Shown: positions 1-13,186, counted from the first letter of the whole stretch. The stretch: 63,282 nt of DNA, filler included, from Choristocarpus tenellus KU-1152 (GCA_964200185.2; 13 parts of 13 records of this genome joined end to end with filler, not necessarily neighbours in it), one strand, 5' to 3'. Notes: a model not told the origin generated them from the letters alone. Made by a program: numbers and translations.

Positions 1-191
1 GTAATTTTGGCTATCGTCTTTGTTAGGAAGTGTCAATATCCTTGTCCCGAACACACTTTTTCAAAACGTATACAATTTACCTACTCCTAAACATTTCGAA
101 GTAGAAAAATGTCATAAAAAACATCTTTGGGAACCCAAGCCCCAAACGGACAAACAGGGCAAAATCCGTACCCTCTAAGATACTTTCACTC
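1..191 (+). mobile_element. MITE family A copy, 5' end cut by window edge
   Basis: Matches the body of the 55380-55638 copy and ends in the TIR TACCCTCTAAGATACTTTCACTC. Confidence 0.85.
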
Positions 192-971
192 TAAGTGCGC
201 ACAGAAATATACTATCTGTGGAGGGTTGGCACCTGTGTTTCTTGATGCACCTACAGCAGAGTACCTGCCATGGGTTTTCCCTCCCTGCCCCCTTGTTATA
301 TGCCATGGAGTCCCCTTGGAAAAGAACCAGGGATGACTTCTCCCTCACCTGTGAACAAGAGCACTATATCAACTCGTGAGGGTGGTTTGGGCATGGGCGA
401 CAATGGCGCCCTTGTTTTTTCTGTCCCCCTCCCGATCTATGAGGTCTTCAGTGTCCAAGAAGGCTGATGGAGCGCTCAATAATGTAGAGAGATCTGTTGC
501 AGAGTCGAGAAATGTCAAGGCTGCACGTGGGAATACCAATGTGATCAAGCAGGGCGAGAGAGGGGCAAGGGTGTCAAGTGGGGTGGTCATGAGGAGGACC
601 AGGTGGGTTTGGAGGTTTAGATTGAGCTGAGGGTGCATGTTGGCTAGACGTTTTCTGTGGGATGGGGAAGGAAATTTTGTCTAAACTGAGTTGTGTAGAA
701 GTATAGTGAGCTGATCTACATTTAGAGTTTTTTTCTCTTGTGGTCCATCCTACCCATATTGTTTACTCTCAAGCATCTCACTACACATCTGACTGACGAT
801 TGGGTAGAACGAAATGGTGCACGTTTTTTCTTTTGTAACAATGTGATTGTGGCGTATAGCTGCAAGGTCGAGTGCGGTTTACACAATATTTTGTCCATTA
901 CTGGTTCACAAATATTATCATTACACACTGTATGTACTTTGTATACACGTATACCACACAATATATATAGT

Positions 972-1053
972 GAGTCAAAGCATTTTAGGGGGTAGGGCCT
1001 CGTCAGTTCATAAATCGAATGTTGCGATTAAAAAAAATATATATTGGCTATTG
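972..1053 (+). mobile_element. MITE family B 5' fragment
   Basis: GAGTCAAAGCATTTTAGGGGGTAGGGCC...GTTGCGATT matches the left end of 4902-5172. Confidence 0.7.
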
Positions 1054-3721
1054 ACGGTGGAGCAGTAGGAATAGTGGTAACACATGTATTGAATAAGGTT
1101 TCTGTACACAGTACTGGATGAAATTAAATTTGATAGAACTCATGACCTTCATTCAATACATCTATCAACACTATTCCGGAGTATGGCCATACAATTCAAG
1201 AGTTAGTTGTGATATTTCACCTCTATCAACCAATTCCTCCATCAGCGCCTCCAAAATCTGGGATAAACTGCCATATTATTGTACTAATTTGACATCTCTT
1301 ATTTATACACCATTTTGAAAACATCACAAAATATCTTTGGAAATATTGGAATAATACGTTACAAAGTTCTTAAATAAGGATTTGTAGGGAATGTTGTAAA
1401 TTGTTATGAAGTTATGTTAAAATGTCCACAGTACGTCCCCAAAATATTCAGCAATGTCCAAGAAAGCATCCTAAAACAATTGTAAGAAATGTGAAAAAAT
1501 ACGTCCTCAAAATCGTGTTTTGATATGTAGTAGTGTCCATTAAAAAAAAGAAAAAAATCTCCACAATACGTCCTGAAAAAGATGTTTCATAATATCCTAA
1601 ATACAGCCTCAAAAACATTCGTCAAAACATGTCAAAAAACATTGAGAATAACATGTACAAAAGTGATAAAAAAAAATTCCCCGTACACACAATTAAAATT
1701 ATAAAAAACATGATTGAAAATATGGCAAAAGGTGTGAAAAAATCACCCACAAAAATTGTATTGTCTCCAAGAAATATCCCGAAAAATTGCAAAAAACAAA
1801 AAATCATTCCCCAAAACATGGGAAAGCAACCTCAACACGGTTCAAAATGATTCGAAAATAGTTTCTAGTGGTTACATGGCGACACAAAAATGGTATTTAA
1901 ATGGTTCGAAATTGGAGGTGAAAAAAGTTCGAGTGATTCTCTAAGATCACAGTGCCTTCTTAAGGAGGGATGGTTCCCTTGTCGTCGTCCTCATCAAAGA
2001 CTGTTGTTGTTGCTCAATACAAAAGTATATGATATTGAGTGAACGTGTAGTGGAGGAGTGAAAGAAGTGTGAGGTAACGTCTATAAGAGTGGCCGACACA
2101 TTGAGCAAGATGCCTGGGTATCTACTCAGGTGTTCCTTCTAGATTAATAGTGGAGGAGTCTGGAACTCTCACCTGAGTCTGTTGTGCTTCACCAGTGACG
2201 CCAAAATGACAGCTACACAATGTCTTAGTTGTCCTTGCTAGCGCTTGTGTCAGATGTTAACATCGTTGGGGGGATAGTAGATCCTGAGCAAGACAAATGG
2301 AATCACAACTAATGGCATGAGCCGCAGATATGGCCTGCTGTACTATGATGTTAATGTCCGAAACACCTACGACTGTGCCCTCAGTTTCCACACATTTTGC
2401 TGAGGGCTTTCAATAAGTGGTGATAATGATTCACTTTCCTGAAGTCGAAGTTTTGCCATATTTCAAAGCTCCCAAGTTAATATCTCCTCAACCCCTTGAT
2501 CCCATCCATGCATAGTTATGACAAGTGCACACAGGTCAACTTTCTAGTTTGATGTGCCGAGAAGTGGATACAGGGGCCACAGCATTTGATGATGAATTTG
2601 AGATGTAAAATCCGAGAGGATTAATATTTCGGAATGAAAAATATATTGAGGCTAGAGTAGGTTGTGACAAGTTCTCCAAAGGAGTCATCGATTCTTTATG
2701 CCGTTTGGCTGCGCTTTTCATTATTCTACCAGTCCCAAGTTACCAGCATAATTTGTGAAGTGCCCGTTCTGGGAGGTCGAAGAATCCCTAACACCAGCCT
2801 TTGCCAGATCATGTCTCTTCAACACACACATAAATAGATCCCATAAGTCGTCTTCAAAATCAAACGCATGTGCACACACATTGTTTTCACCATTCTTCAC
2901 TGCGTGGTCTACATTATATGACCGTGTAATATTGTAGAATGCAAGTCCTACACTTCAAATAGCCTAGAAATACAATTCGGCATATCTGTGACGGACACTC
3001 TTGAGATTCAACAACAAATCCTTAATAACACTGAGCACATGTTGCAAGAAAGAAAAAACGCACATTATTTACCTAGATAATGCAATATACTTCCCCACAC
3101 AATGCCTAGCTAGATGAGAAAATGATCCAAGAAACAACATACCGTTGTGATGTAGAGAAGAGTTAGAGCAAATCCATGCCCAGGGCTCCCCAGGGTACGA
3201 ACCTCGAGCAAGCACTCAATCTCAACCCAGAAGATTTAACCGTGGTAGGGTGCACATTCTATAAATACGACCTGTCTTCCAGTGTTTTGATTCGTACAAC
3301 AAACTAGTGTATCACCTTCCATAGAACAAACTACATAGCCAAAACACGCCCTTCTACGACACCCAGAGCATTTCCACGTACCACACTTCTTATTTCCACC
3401 TCTATAGCGCGACTTCTTGAGTGCACACAATTCCTTGTATATCTTTGTGGGGAAGGCCACTCGGGGATAAGACTATGGTTACCTTCACCCACGTCCAGAT
3501 CACCAAACCATTGCGCATCTCGCTCCCGATGGAAACTCCAACTCCAGCAACATCGCTACCTTTTCATACTAGGACTCCGTAACATGAACCACGTTCTAAT
3601 CAGGTTTTCGCAAGACTCATCCTCCTCCTCGACTGTCTTCTCACTTGTCTCCACTAACCTCCTTCGCGCCCTCTCCTCTCGTTTCCTCCTTGCATTGCCT
3701 TCCTTTTTTCTCCTTCCCTTA

Positions 3722-3902
3722 GGGTCAAAGTATCTGGGGCGGGGGGGTCGGCGTCCGTTTTTCACCCTTTTTTCGATTTTCACTATTTTGGTGCGATTTG
3801 GTCGCACGAGTTGGATTTTAAATGTCTGCAAAAAAAATAGTTGTTTGACCGAAACGGACGCCCCCTCACAAACCTCCCCCCCCCCCCAAGATACTTTGAG
3901 TC
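3722..3902 (+). mobile_element. MITE family C (~180 bp), 4-bp TSD CTTA
   Basis: TIRs GGGTCAAAGTATCTGGGG / CCCCAAGATACTTTGAGTC; CTTA on both flanks; related copies at 21847-21890 and 57023-57195. Confidence 0.85.
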
Positions 3903-3917
3903 CTTACTCATTTATAT

Positions 3918-4017
3918 NNNNNNNNNNNNNNNNNNNNNNNNNNNNNNNNNNNNNNNNNNNNTTAATTAATTAANNNNNNNNNNNNNNNNNNNNNNNNNNN
4001 NNNNNNNNNNNNNNNNN
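3918..4017. other. Artificial contig linker (first of 12)
   Basis: 44 N + TTAATTAATTAA (stops in six frames) + 44 N. Others start at 8308, 13187, 17593, 21891, 25686, 30207, 34488, 45017, 49206, 53985 and 56923. Confidence 0.99.
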
Positions 4018-4118
4018 GAGAGGGCAGCGCATCAGGGGCCGTGAGGGAAGGAGCAGCCTCTTCGGTGTTCTCGATTCCTCCACCATCATACTCTTAAGTA
4101 GGTGATGAGTTTGCAAGC

Positions 4119-4520
4119 TTAGAAACAACTGTTGAAGAGTACAGCATGAAAGATGTTTCGTACCATCTCCGGAAAGCAAAGCTGGCTTGGCTCAGCGCAA
4201 TTAGGGCAAGGGCAATCAAACAAGCGGACATTCGAGATTTTTTTGGCAGTCACGACTTTTTTCATCAGCAAATAAGTTGTTTTACTCAGTGCGTGCAATA
4301 GAAGGTGCATGGCGGTGCAGCTACATTTGATCCACAGTGGTGTTTTTGATGCTGTACTGTATAATATCCTTGTAGAGTACAATTGAATACGTAGGGCAGG
4401 GCATTGGAGGGAGATTGGCTTTGAACGTTGATTTGATTTGAACTGCGAGTCATCTGTCCAGTCATCCAACAGCTGGCAGATGCTTTCTTGGGAAGGCGTA
4501 CTATACACAGGAGTGAATAC
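4119..4520 (-). mobile_element. Degraded Ty1/copia fragment (region just after the integrase core)
   Basis: KTTYLL...KISNVRLFDCP resembles the copia 'KTPYE...PDISNLRVFGCP' motif; heavily decayed. Confidence 0.4.
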
Positions 4521-4901
4521 ATTGTAGTGAGTGTGATTTTACCCTAGTTACAGTACGATATACATATGAGGCTGGAAACCTGTGGAGGGGTGGTGTAGAT
4601 GTGGTGCATCCTGCACCACCACAGCTCCATCAAAATGGACTCACTGAGGGTAATGTTCAATACATAAATTTCTAGTAAGTGGCGAAAGCAAAAATGAATA
4701 CAAAACACAAAAATATATCTACATGATATTTTTGTAATATATCATACTATATTTTACCTCAAACATTACTCAAGCACGCAAAAAAAAGTCAAACCACTAC
4801 TGCCAAGAATGGATTCTCACAGCAGGCAAGAAATTGGAGAGGGTATTTACTGATCTGAGTGGGGGTCTAAACCAGTCTGTAGCCTTGGGGCTGCTACTAT
4901 T

Positions 4902-5172
4902 GAGTCAAAGCATTTAAGAGGGTAGGGCCACGTCCATTCGGGGTCATAAATCCATTGTTGCGATTTTTATCATTTTGGCTATTGTGTTTGTTGGTAATTG
5001 TCAATATCCTTGCTCCACACACACCTTTCATACTCCTATAAATTTTATCTCCTCCGAAATCCGAAATCTTCACAAAGAAAACCGAGAAGGGCATGTAAAA
5101 CCCGTGGGAAGCCAAGACAAGCCCCAAATAGACAAGTAGGGAAAAATTTGTACCTTCTTAAATATTTGGGTC
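4902..5172 (+). mobile_element. MITE family B inserted in copia integrase, TSD ATT
   Basis: TIR GAGTCAAAGCATTTAAGAGGGTA / TACCTTCTTAAATATTTGGGTC; ATT on both flanks. Confidence 0.85.
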
Positions 5173-7010
5173 ATTCCATGATCATCATCAATGACTTAAC
5201 TAACATGAAGTAGATACAGTTCCTGCCCAAGAAAGGTGGTGTGACTGGTGCACTGGCAGGTTTCATCTCAAACGTGGTGATTCTGAGTGGTTAGGACTGT
5301 TTGAAGTGATGAGGGTGGAGAATTCGTAAGTGAGGCTTTCCACAACGTGCTGAGGAAGCACGGGGTTTGTTGTGAATTCACAGATGCTATTACCCCAGAA
5401 TACAATGGTGCAGCAAAACGAGCCTTGGACCTGATCGCTGAGAAAGCAATGGTCATGATGGTTTGTGGAGGACTTCAAGGCAGCTCAATTTGTGGGCTGA
5501 AGCTCAGAACTACGCATGCTATCTCAGCACTTTGTCCGTCACTTATGCTAATAATGATGATTGGATTTCACCATATGAGCTCTGGCATGGAGATCTGTGG
5601 AAGGTAGATGGATTCTGAACTTTCGGAGAATGGGTTACATGCGAGTGGCCAATGCAAAAACATACAAGCTGTGCAAGGATTGAGGTGCTTGCTGATGGGG
5701 ATAGCTGAGCACCACCCAAGAGGTTCCTGGCGAGTTCTACACGAGAGGTCAAACCAGTTGTTGATCAGTCAGTCTGTGACATGGCAGGTGCACTACCCCC
5801 TTTAATGTCTCATGGTAATAGAGAGCTTAAAGCTGAGGAGCCTGAATTGTTGTTGGATTTACCCATGACATCCCTTGAGGAGTAAGATAATGCTAGGAAG
5901 AAGGCTGCGCATAGGGAGAAATCTCGCAAATCTGCGCAGCAGGGGAAGGGGTCTCATGGTGTGTCACGCGATCGAATGCTGCATGAGCTCACAATATTGT
6001 GCCAACACCCAAGTATTTCACACCAGAACCCCAGCGTACAAAGAGGGCTCATCAGAAGGCCATCACAAGAGGGAGACCAAGGCACTTTGGAAGGTACATT
6101 AGCGGCTACCTTTAGGTAAAGCCCTGGTAGTCAAGGATGTGGTTTATGAGGCTGTTCAGATGCTGATGGATTGTAAGTACCCTCCCACCTGAAACACAAT
6201 CCGGCTGTGATGCTCTACAACCGCCCAAAGCATCAATTTGACAGGATGCTATGGCGAAGAGTTTGAAAAACTGGTGGAAACTGGAGTGTGGGGCAAGATA
6301 AGGAGGTCTCTGGATCACAGAGTGGTGCAAACCAAATGGGTGTACAAGCAGTAGGTCAACCCAGAAGGGGAGGTATGGGTACTGGGCATGTCTGGTGGCC
6401 ACGGGAAGAAGGTAAATCCTCAGGCTAGACTTTATGGAGAAGTTTGAGCCTACTCCTTAGGTCAGCACTTTATATTTGGTGATGGCAATAGCTGTGCTCA
6501 ATGACTTGGAACTACATGCTGATGTGGGGCAGGTTTTTGTGCAGACAATCGAGTAGGAAATCTACGTTGAACTACCGAAGGTGCGGTAACCACACCAGGA
6601 GGGGTTGGCAAGCCCAAGAGGTCCCTATATGGTTTGGCTTGGGCATCACGCAATTGGCCTTGAGAAAATGGTTGGGACCCTCAAGGGGCTAGGTTTTGAG
6701 CAGTGCCAGGCCGATTATGTTTGCTACGGTTGGTAGAAGGCAGGGTGATCCAAATGCTGATAGCCAGTCATGGGGAAGATTTTCCGGCGGCTAGCTGGAT
6801 GGTAGAGACGGGCAGGGCAGTGTTGGAAGCTCTGAACAATGAATTCCCTGTGAGGGATTTGGGTGGTGAAAAGTAGTATATGGGATGTTGTATTTCATGG
6901 GATTGGAAGATGAGAACACTGACAATCGATTAGCAAGTATACATGGAAGGGTTGGTGGAGCACTTCGGAATCACAGAAGAATACGATATGCCGGGATCTA
7001 CAACTAGACA

Positions 7011-7281
7011 GGCCCATAATATCCTAGTGGGGAAGTCAGGCATCCATTCGGGACCTTTGTGGCCTTGGAGTGATTTGCATGTCATTTGGGTAAGCGTGTC
7101 AGATGTAAGGGTAATTTCCTACGCATCTTTCTATTTCATTCCCTTGCGCCTGAACCAAATCCGAAGGAAAATCACCCACAAAACAGGCATCAAACTGGGG
7201 TATCTGACAATAGTTTCCTATCAAACGCCACAATGGATGACCTACCTAACCCCCCACCCACCCCCTAGGATACGATGGGCC
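7011..7281 (+). mobile_element. MITE family E inserted in copia RT, TSD ACA
   Basis: TIRs GGCCCATAATATCCTAG / CTAGGATACGATGGGCC; ACA on both flanks; related fragment at 48981-49205. Confidence 0.85.
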
Positions 7282-7693
7282 ACATCTGTCTGAAAACGGA
7301 TACTGATATGGAGCTGGACCCATGCACCCTATACAGGAAAGCAGTGGGGTCGCTAATCTGGGTCGTGACCATGACGAAGTCAGATATTGCTAACGCAGTT
7401 ATGACCGTGGTGAGATTTAGCAGTAACCATGGCAGGGCCATCAGGATGGTGTTGAAAGGATTTGGGGCTATGTGAGCAATACAGGGGGGATTGGAATCAC
7501 GTATGATAGAAAGAAGCAAAAGTGACTGAAGGCGTTTGCTGATGCAGACTATGCATCTGATCTTTACCAGCAGAGATCTGTATCTTGGGGGCTGCTAACC
7601 ATTGGAGGTGTCGCACTGTCATGGTTTTCCGGGATACAGAAGATTATGACTTTGTCTACGACAGAGGCGAAATATATAGCATTTAGTGACACA

Positions 7694-7962
7694 GAGCCAA
7701 AGCATTTAGGAGGGTAGGGCCGTGTCCATTCGGGATCCAAAATCCAATGTTGCGATTTTGATTCATTTTGGCTTTCGTGTTTGTTGCCAAGTCACAATAT
7801 CCTTGCTCTGGAAACACATTTCATAGTCGTACTCTGAAATTTTTCGGAGTAGGTAACTGTGTTCACACAGAAAACCGAGAAGGGGCGTAAGAAACCCATT
7901 GGAAGTCAAGCCCCAAACAGACAAACAGGGCAAAGCTCCCACCCTCTTAAATGCCTTAGTTC
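7694..7962 (+). mobile_element. MITE family B inserted in copia RNase H
   Basis: TIR GAGCCAAAGCATTTAGGAGGGTA / ACCCTCTTAAATGCCTTAGTTC; splits ...YIAFSD|AREVMFVRQVLEF. Confidence 0.85.
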
Positions 7963-8734
7963 ATGGCAAGGGAGGTGATGTTTGTACGACAGGTGCTGGA
8001 GTTCCCAAATCCGGAGAGGAAAACACATGTGAAATAATGTATGAAGACAACGAGGGTGCAGTGAAGTTGTCAGGAAATCCAAATAATAGGCAGAGGAAGC
8101 ACATAGATGTACGGCATTATTTCCAGAGAGAGTTGGATAAGGACACAGTGATAGAGGTTGCGCATGTGACATCAGAGGAACGACATGCAGATTTTCTCGA
8201 GAAGCCTTTGAACCAGACACGATTCATGTATCACATGAAGGCTTTGATGAATTTGTGATAGTTTGATCCTTGGACAAACCCAAAGTATCTGGGGGTGGGG
8301 GGGGGGGNNNNNNNNNNNNNNNNNNNNNNNNNNNNNNNNNNNNNNNNNNNNTTAATTAATTAANNNNNNNNNNNNNNNNNNNNNNNNNNNNNNNNNNNNN
8401 NNNNNNNAAAAACCATCAGGGGAAAAGAGGAAAGCGAGGGAAAAAAAAAAGGGGGGGGGGGGGGGGGGGGGGGCATAGGCTGATTTATACCCTCCACCAC
8501 CCTTCACACAAGAAATATAAAAATACACACAGAAGATGAGAGTGAAATAGAGTGTGGGTAGGGGGAAGGGAACCTGACACACGCCCCACACCCAGACCAC
8601 CTTTCATCTGAACAGATATACATAAAACTGAAAAAACAAGAACAGGGCTGGGGTGTACTAACCTTACGGCTGTCATCCCATCAGATACCCCTGATCAGAA
8701 AATTATGATAATACTCTTCTTAGTGCTAGACATT

Positions 8735-11700
8735 TCAGACCTTTTCTGCAGCAGCAGGGACACCTGTACGCCTTTGCTCATCTTTAAGACTTCGGCCATG
8801 TGAAGAAGAGTCACCGTCAAAAGAGGATGAGCTCACAGCACGGTTGGGTGGGACCGAGTCTGGCCGCGGGGAAGATACGACAGACGTAATGTTTGATTCA
8901 ACATCGGAGACAGCCCCGCCTGTAACTGTTCTCCCATGAGGAGGAGTAATTGGACGCAGAGGTGGCGAACCACCTGAACCCTTTCCCGCCGAATGGATAT
9001 CATCATGACTGCTGTTGGCGCCTTTCCTGGAATCCTCCAAGGAAGATTTCGAAGAAAACTCTGTTGGCCTCTTGGCCAAGTCCTCTAAAACTGGAACCTG
9101 TCCAGGACTGTGTGTTGGTACCAACATCGCCATCATCTTCTCGTTTGGCTCGCTGTCCAGTCCACACATTGAAGCGCTGTCTCTCATTTCATCACTCTTC
9201 AGACCCTCTAATACCTCAGAAGCACTGCCCCCTCGTCGCCGCCCCTTTCCTCCCTCTGAAGCATTCTTATGACTGCCGACTTTCTGCACCATTGACCGGA
9301 TCGAACCCACATCTGCCCCCCTCCTAGACTGCTTAGCTTTTCCACTACCCATGGCTGCCCCTGAAACTCCTCCAGTCCCAGCATGGACAGCAGAAAGGTC
9401 TGGCCTTAATGCCCTAGCTGCAGCCCTCAGACCTGCAGCTTCCTTTTCATCAGCCAAACGCCTGGATTTGCTTATCCCTGTATCAACAGCTGTACCAACA
9501 GGGACCGGTACTCCCAAAAGCACTGATCCTCCCACAGCCCCAGCCCTACCTACAGACTCTGACCTACTTCTGTCCCCACTATTTCCCTGGACAAAACCTT
9601 CCTGAGAGATCCTGCCCTCTTCAGGTGAAGGAGAGGATGAGGTCTTGCGATACATGGATCCATTCGGAGCAGTGGGGGATCCATGACCACTTTCCTCATC
9701 ACCTCCATCTTCACCAACATCACCCTCCATAACTCCCCCACCATCATCCCCTCTATCAGTAAATGATCGACGTTCATCACACTGCTCTTGGTTCAGCTCT
9801 GGAGATCCCCGTGCCCCGTGCATCGCCTCAGAGTAAGAACCCTCCTCTCCCCATGCCTCCTCCATGTCGTTCTTGTCCTCCTCGAACTCCTCTTCTGGGA
9901 ACACCTTCCCCCCCCTTCCCTTTGAAGGACCACCACTTGATGACAACATCTCTGTTTCTTCTGGGGCATCTTCCTCCCTAGCAACCCTACTCTGCCCTCT
10001 GCTCCGAGTCCTCCCGTGTCCCCTATTACATCCTCTCCCACGTCCCGAACTAGGTGGCCGCCGAGGATCTCGTCTCTTGGGCGCAGAGGACATTGGCGAC
10101 GCCGGTGATGCATCCGATTCATCATCCTCCACTTCCTCTTTCTCAGCCTCGAATGATCGCCTCCCCCCTGTCCGTCCAGGAAGACCAGACCCCATACTCT
10201 TAAATGCCCGTGCCCTAATCCCAGAGCTCCGAGGCCTCCCTCGTGTACGGGAAATTGTTGAAGTTTCTGCTTCCACACCATCTGTGACATTGTTAATGCT
10301 TTCATCAGGGGATGCCACAGAGGAATGTATAGGGGTCCCAGTAGGAGATGGAGTGGTTGGGGGATCTCTCCCTGCCCTTCCCACCCCTCGCTCTTCATCC
10401 TGCTCCATACCCTCCTCCCCCCTGTCTCCCCCACCAGCCCTCATATCATCCTCACCCCTTCCCTCCTCTTCTGTCTCCTCATCCATATGACTCTCATGCT
10501 CTCCAACCTCTCCGACCTCTCCAACTTTCCTGTTCCTATTTGAGGAGGGATATGGAACCGGCCTTTGATTTCCGTCCCCCTCCTCCTCTTGAACCCGCCC
10601 CCTCTCCATCCTAGCGACCCTTCTCCTCCTCACCTGAACCAACTCCTCATCATCTGCCACCCCCCTCCACTCTGAATGACTCTCTTGATGACGCGAGACA
10701 GTCCTGTCATCATGTCCTCCCCTCCAGACATGATGACTCTCTGAGGGCAGTGAAGAGGAAGTATCTCCACCAGCATCAGCACCAACACCACCAGCATGAG
10801 AACCAGATGCATGCCGATGGAACGGTTCCTGCTGGCGCTCATGCTGCCACCACCCCTGCTGCTCCTGCAAGTGCTGTGGAGGGTGTTCCCCCATCGATTG
10901 GTCCAGACCCCTATGATTGGTCCCAGAGCTCCCTCCCGCCCCATTCCACTGTTGTGGTGTTGATCTAGGGTGGCGGGCAGAGGGTGGTTCAGAGAAGGTC
11001 GGGTGGGAGGGCATACGGAAGCAAAGGCCCGAGGAGGCGTTGGACGGTACTTCCTCGTTGGAAACCTGTTCGTCAAGAATGAGTAGATGAAGGGAGGGAC
11101 GTTGGAAAGAGTTTGGGGGCAGGGGGTTGGGGGGAATGGGATGAGAGTGAGCCCTTGATTAGCTAGGAGGGAAAATACAACAATACAACAAGCAGGGCGT
11201 AGGTCTAGAACTACAAAGCGCTCAACAAAATAACTACTTCAACCCAAAAAGCACTACTATACAACAATACAACCGATAGACTGAGAGGGCATGAAGTGAG
11301 GTATCATCAGAGCATCGTGGGTCAATACCATTTCGCACAGTATCCTTCGTCAGAGTACCTATCTATCATGAAAAAGTGGCAACATTCCTAACCCTGAGCA
11401 CAAGAGGTGACCTGGGATTCAAGTGCCACAGACTACGATAAAAGGGCTTGCTATAGAGTACTACATTCATAGGATTTTAGTACAGTCTCTAAGTACAGTA
11501 ATGGTGGTCCAGCTTACTCAGAAACAGGTAACGGAGACATACAGCCAATCACAGCTCAATGTTACCCAATCAGTTCAGTCCCTAACCCTTACCTTACCAT
11601 TGTACACACTCTTGCAACCCAAGAGACCCCCTCAAGCCACTTACACCTCACATTTAAACACATTTAAAACAACCTCGAAATTTCAACCCTTGTCCACCTT

Positions 11701-12922
11701 CACCCTTTCACAAGAGATACCTCTGGCTATCCATCTTCTATTCCATGATGTGGACCCAACACCCAAGCCTTGAACAATAACCTAGTTACCATGTTAACCA
11801 ATCAAGAATACCCCACTTCTCAACATTTCCCCCCAAACCTGCCCAGCCTTGACCACCTTCTACTCCATGAGGTAAACCCAAACCCAAACCCAAACCCAAA
11901 CCCAACCTTAATCTCTATACACCAAATTCCAAGTAAACATACCTCCACCCTTACCCCAACTCCACTCCTCACCGGGTAACCCCCCATTGGTGGACCCCTC
12001 CCCTGTTCCACTCCTCCTCGTGCCGGCGACCTCTGCGGTGACCCCTGACCTCTACCCTGCCCCTGCCCCATCCCACGATTCCCAGGTGGGGCAGACACAG
12101 GCCGTGAACCCTGCTGATTGAAAGAGCTACCGTAACCTCCCTCCTGCTGTACCTCTTGTTGGCGCTGTTGTTGATTGTGCCTCATACCCTTTTTCGGACC
12201 CGTTTGTTTCTTGCAGGTGTAGTGGCATTCCACGTTGTCTTTCAGACACCTATACAAACATTTTTTTTTTGTATTGGGAACATTAAAAAAAAAAAGATCA
12301 CACAGTAGAAGGGAACACAGAAACGAAATCGCTAACACGTAAAAACAAAAAACAAAAAAGGTACAAAAGTATACACAAAAAAAAGAAACTTTGGTCAAGG
12401 AGGAAAAACGAAATCGTGCATTATATTGTCCATTCTACAAGTCATTACAACCATAAAACGAACATATTCAAGTACAAAATAAACCCCTTAAACCTTAACA
12501 CTTGGTGCCATTGTCACAAAAGACCCCTCTATGCTGTAGTGCTACACTAAAATCTACACTGACCTCCTAACAACAACCCCAAACTCACCTGGAACATGTA
12601 TCCATATCTCCTGAGCATTTAACTTTTTTTAACGAGCACCGATCACAGGACATCCGTAGGAGGCCACCACCACCACCACCTCCCCCACCCTTACCCACAT
12701 CATCCTCACCCCCTGTTGTTCCCCTCCATCTCCCTTTCCGCTCAGGTGACCTGCCTACACTGGAGCCCCCTCCCCTAACCCTCTCCATTGGCGACGAAGA
12801 GGCTGGCATGGGATCTGCTGTGTCTGTGGCATCCTCTTCAGGGATTCCACCTTGCCCAGAGCCAACTGGAGCCCTGCTACCAGTGGAGCTTCCACCCCTA
12901 GGGCCATGCCGCACACCACCAC

Positions 12923-12957
<35 letters not shown>

Positions 12958-13186
12958 AGAAGAGGAGCCTGTGAGGACACTGAAGAATTAGACGATCGCC
13001 TATTCAAACCTCGTCCTTCTCCTTTCCCCTCCCCGCCATCACTTGCAGAAGAACTTGTGTTAAAGGCCGAGACTGAAGCACTGCCTGTAGTTGGGGGGGG
13101 GGACACTTGACGCATCTTGTCCTCATCCTCCACATCATCACCGCCCTCAATCCCCCCCCCTCCCCCAGCACCCTTCCGCTGCCCCC
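8735..13186 (-). CDS. Zn(II)2Cys6 (GAL4-like) transcription factor, multi-exon, 5' end cut by contig edge
   Basis: Exons ~13186-12589, 12249-11973 and ~11065-8735 with phase-compatible GT-AG sites. Joined sequence CDRCSLKKVKCSGDMDTCSR/CLKDNVEC = C-x2-C-x6-C-x6-C-x2-C-x6-C, then a long low-complexity G/S/E-rich tail. Confidence 0.88.
12924..12956. repeat. (CTG)n microsatellite encoding poly-Q on the minus strand
   Basis: Direct read; inside the Zn-cluster gene exon. Confidence 0.9.

Larger units (their letters stand above)
4790..8258 (+). mobile_element. Decayed Ty1/copia pol (integrase-RT-RNase H) interrupted by three MITEs
   Basis: Motifs occur in copia order. Integrase: ERVFTDLSG, SDEGGEF, TPEYNGAAKR. 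RT: TKWVYK, EIYVELPK, RSLYG, YRKAVGSLIW. RNase H: AFADADYA, STTEAKYIA, YEDNEGA, KHIDVRHYF, ADFLEKPL. Many stops and frameshifts. Confidence 0.92.

Noticed and set aside
8950-11076. Multiple overlapping ORFs (e.g. 9864-10490 +, 9793-10434 -)
   Set aside because: Shadow frames of the GC-rich low-complexity exon of the Zn-cluster gene.
11875-11903. (AAACCC)5 as a telomere
   Set aside because: Short intronic microsatellite inside a gene, not a chromosome end.
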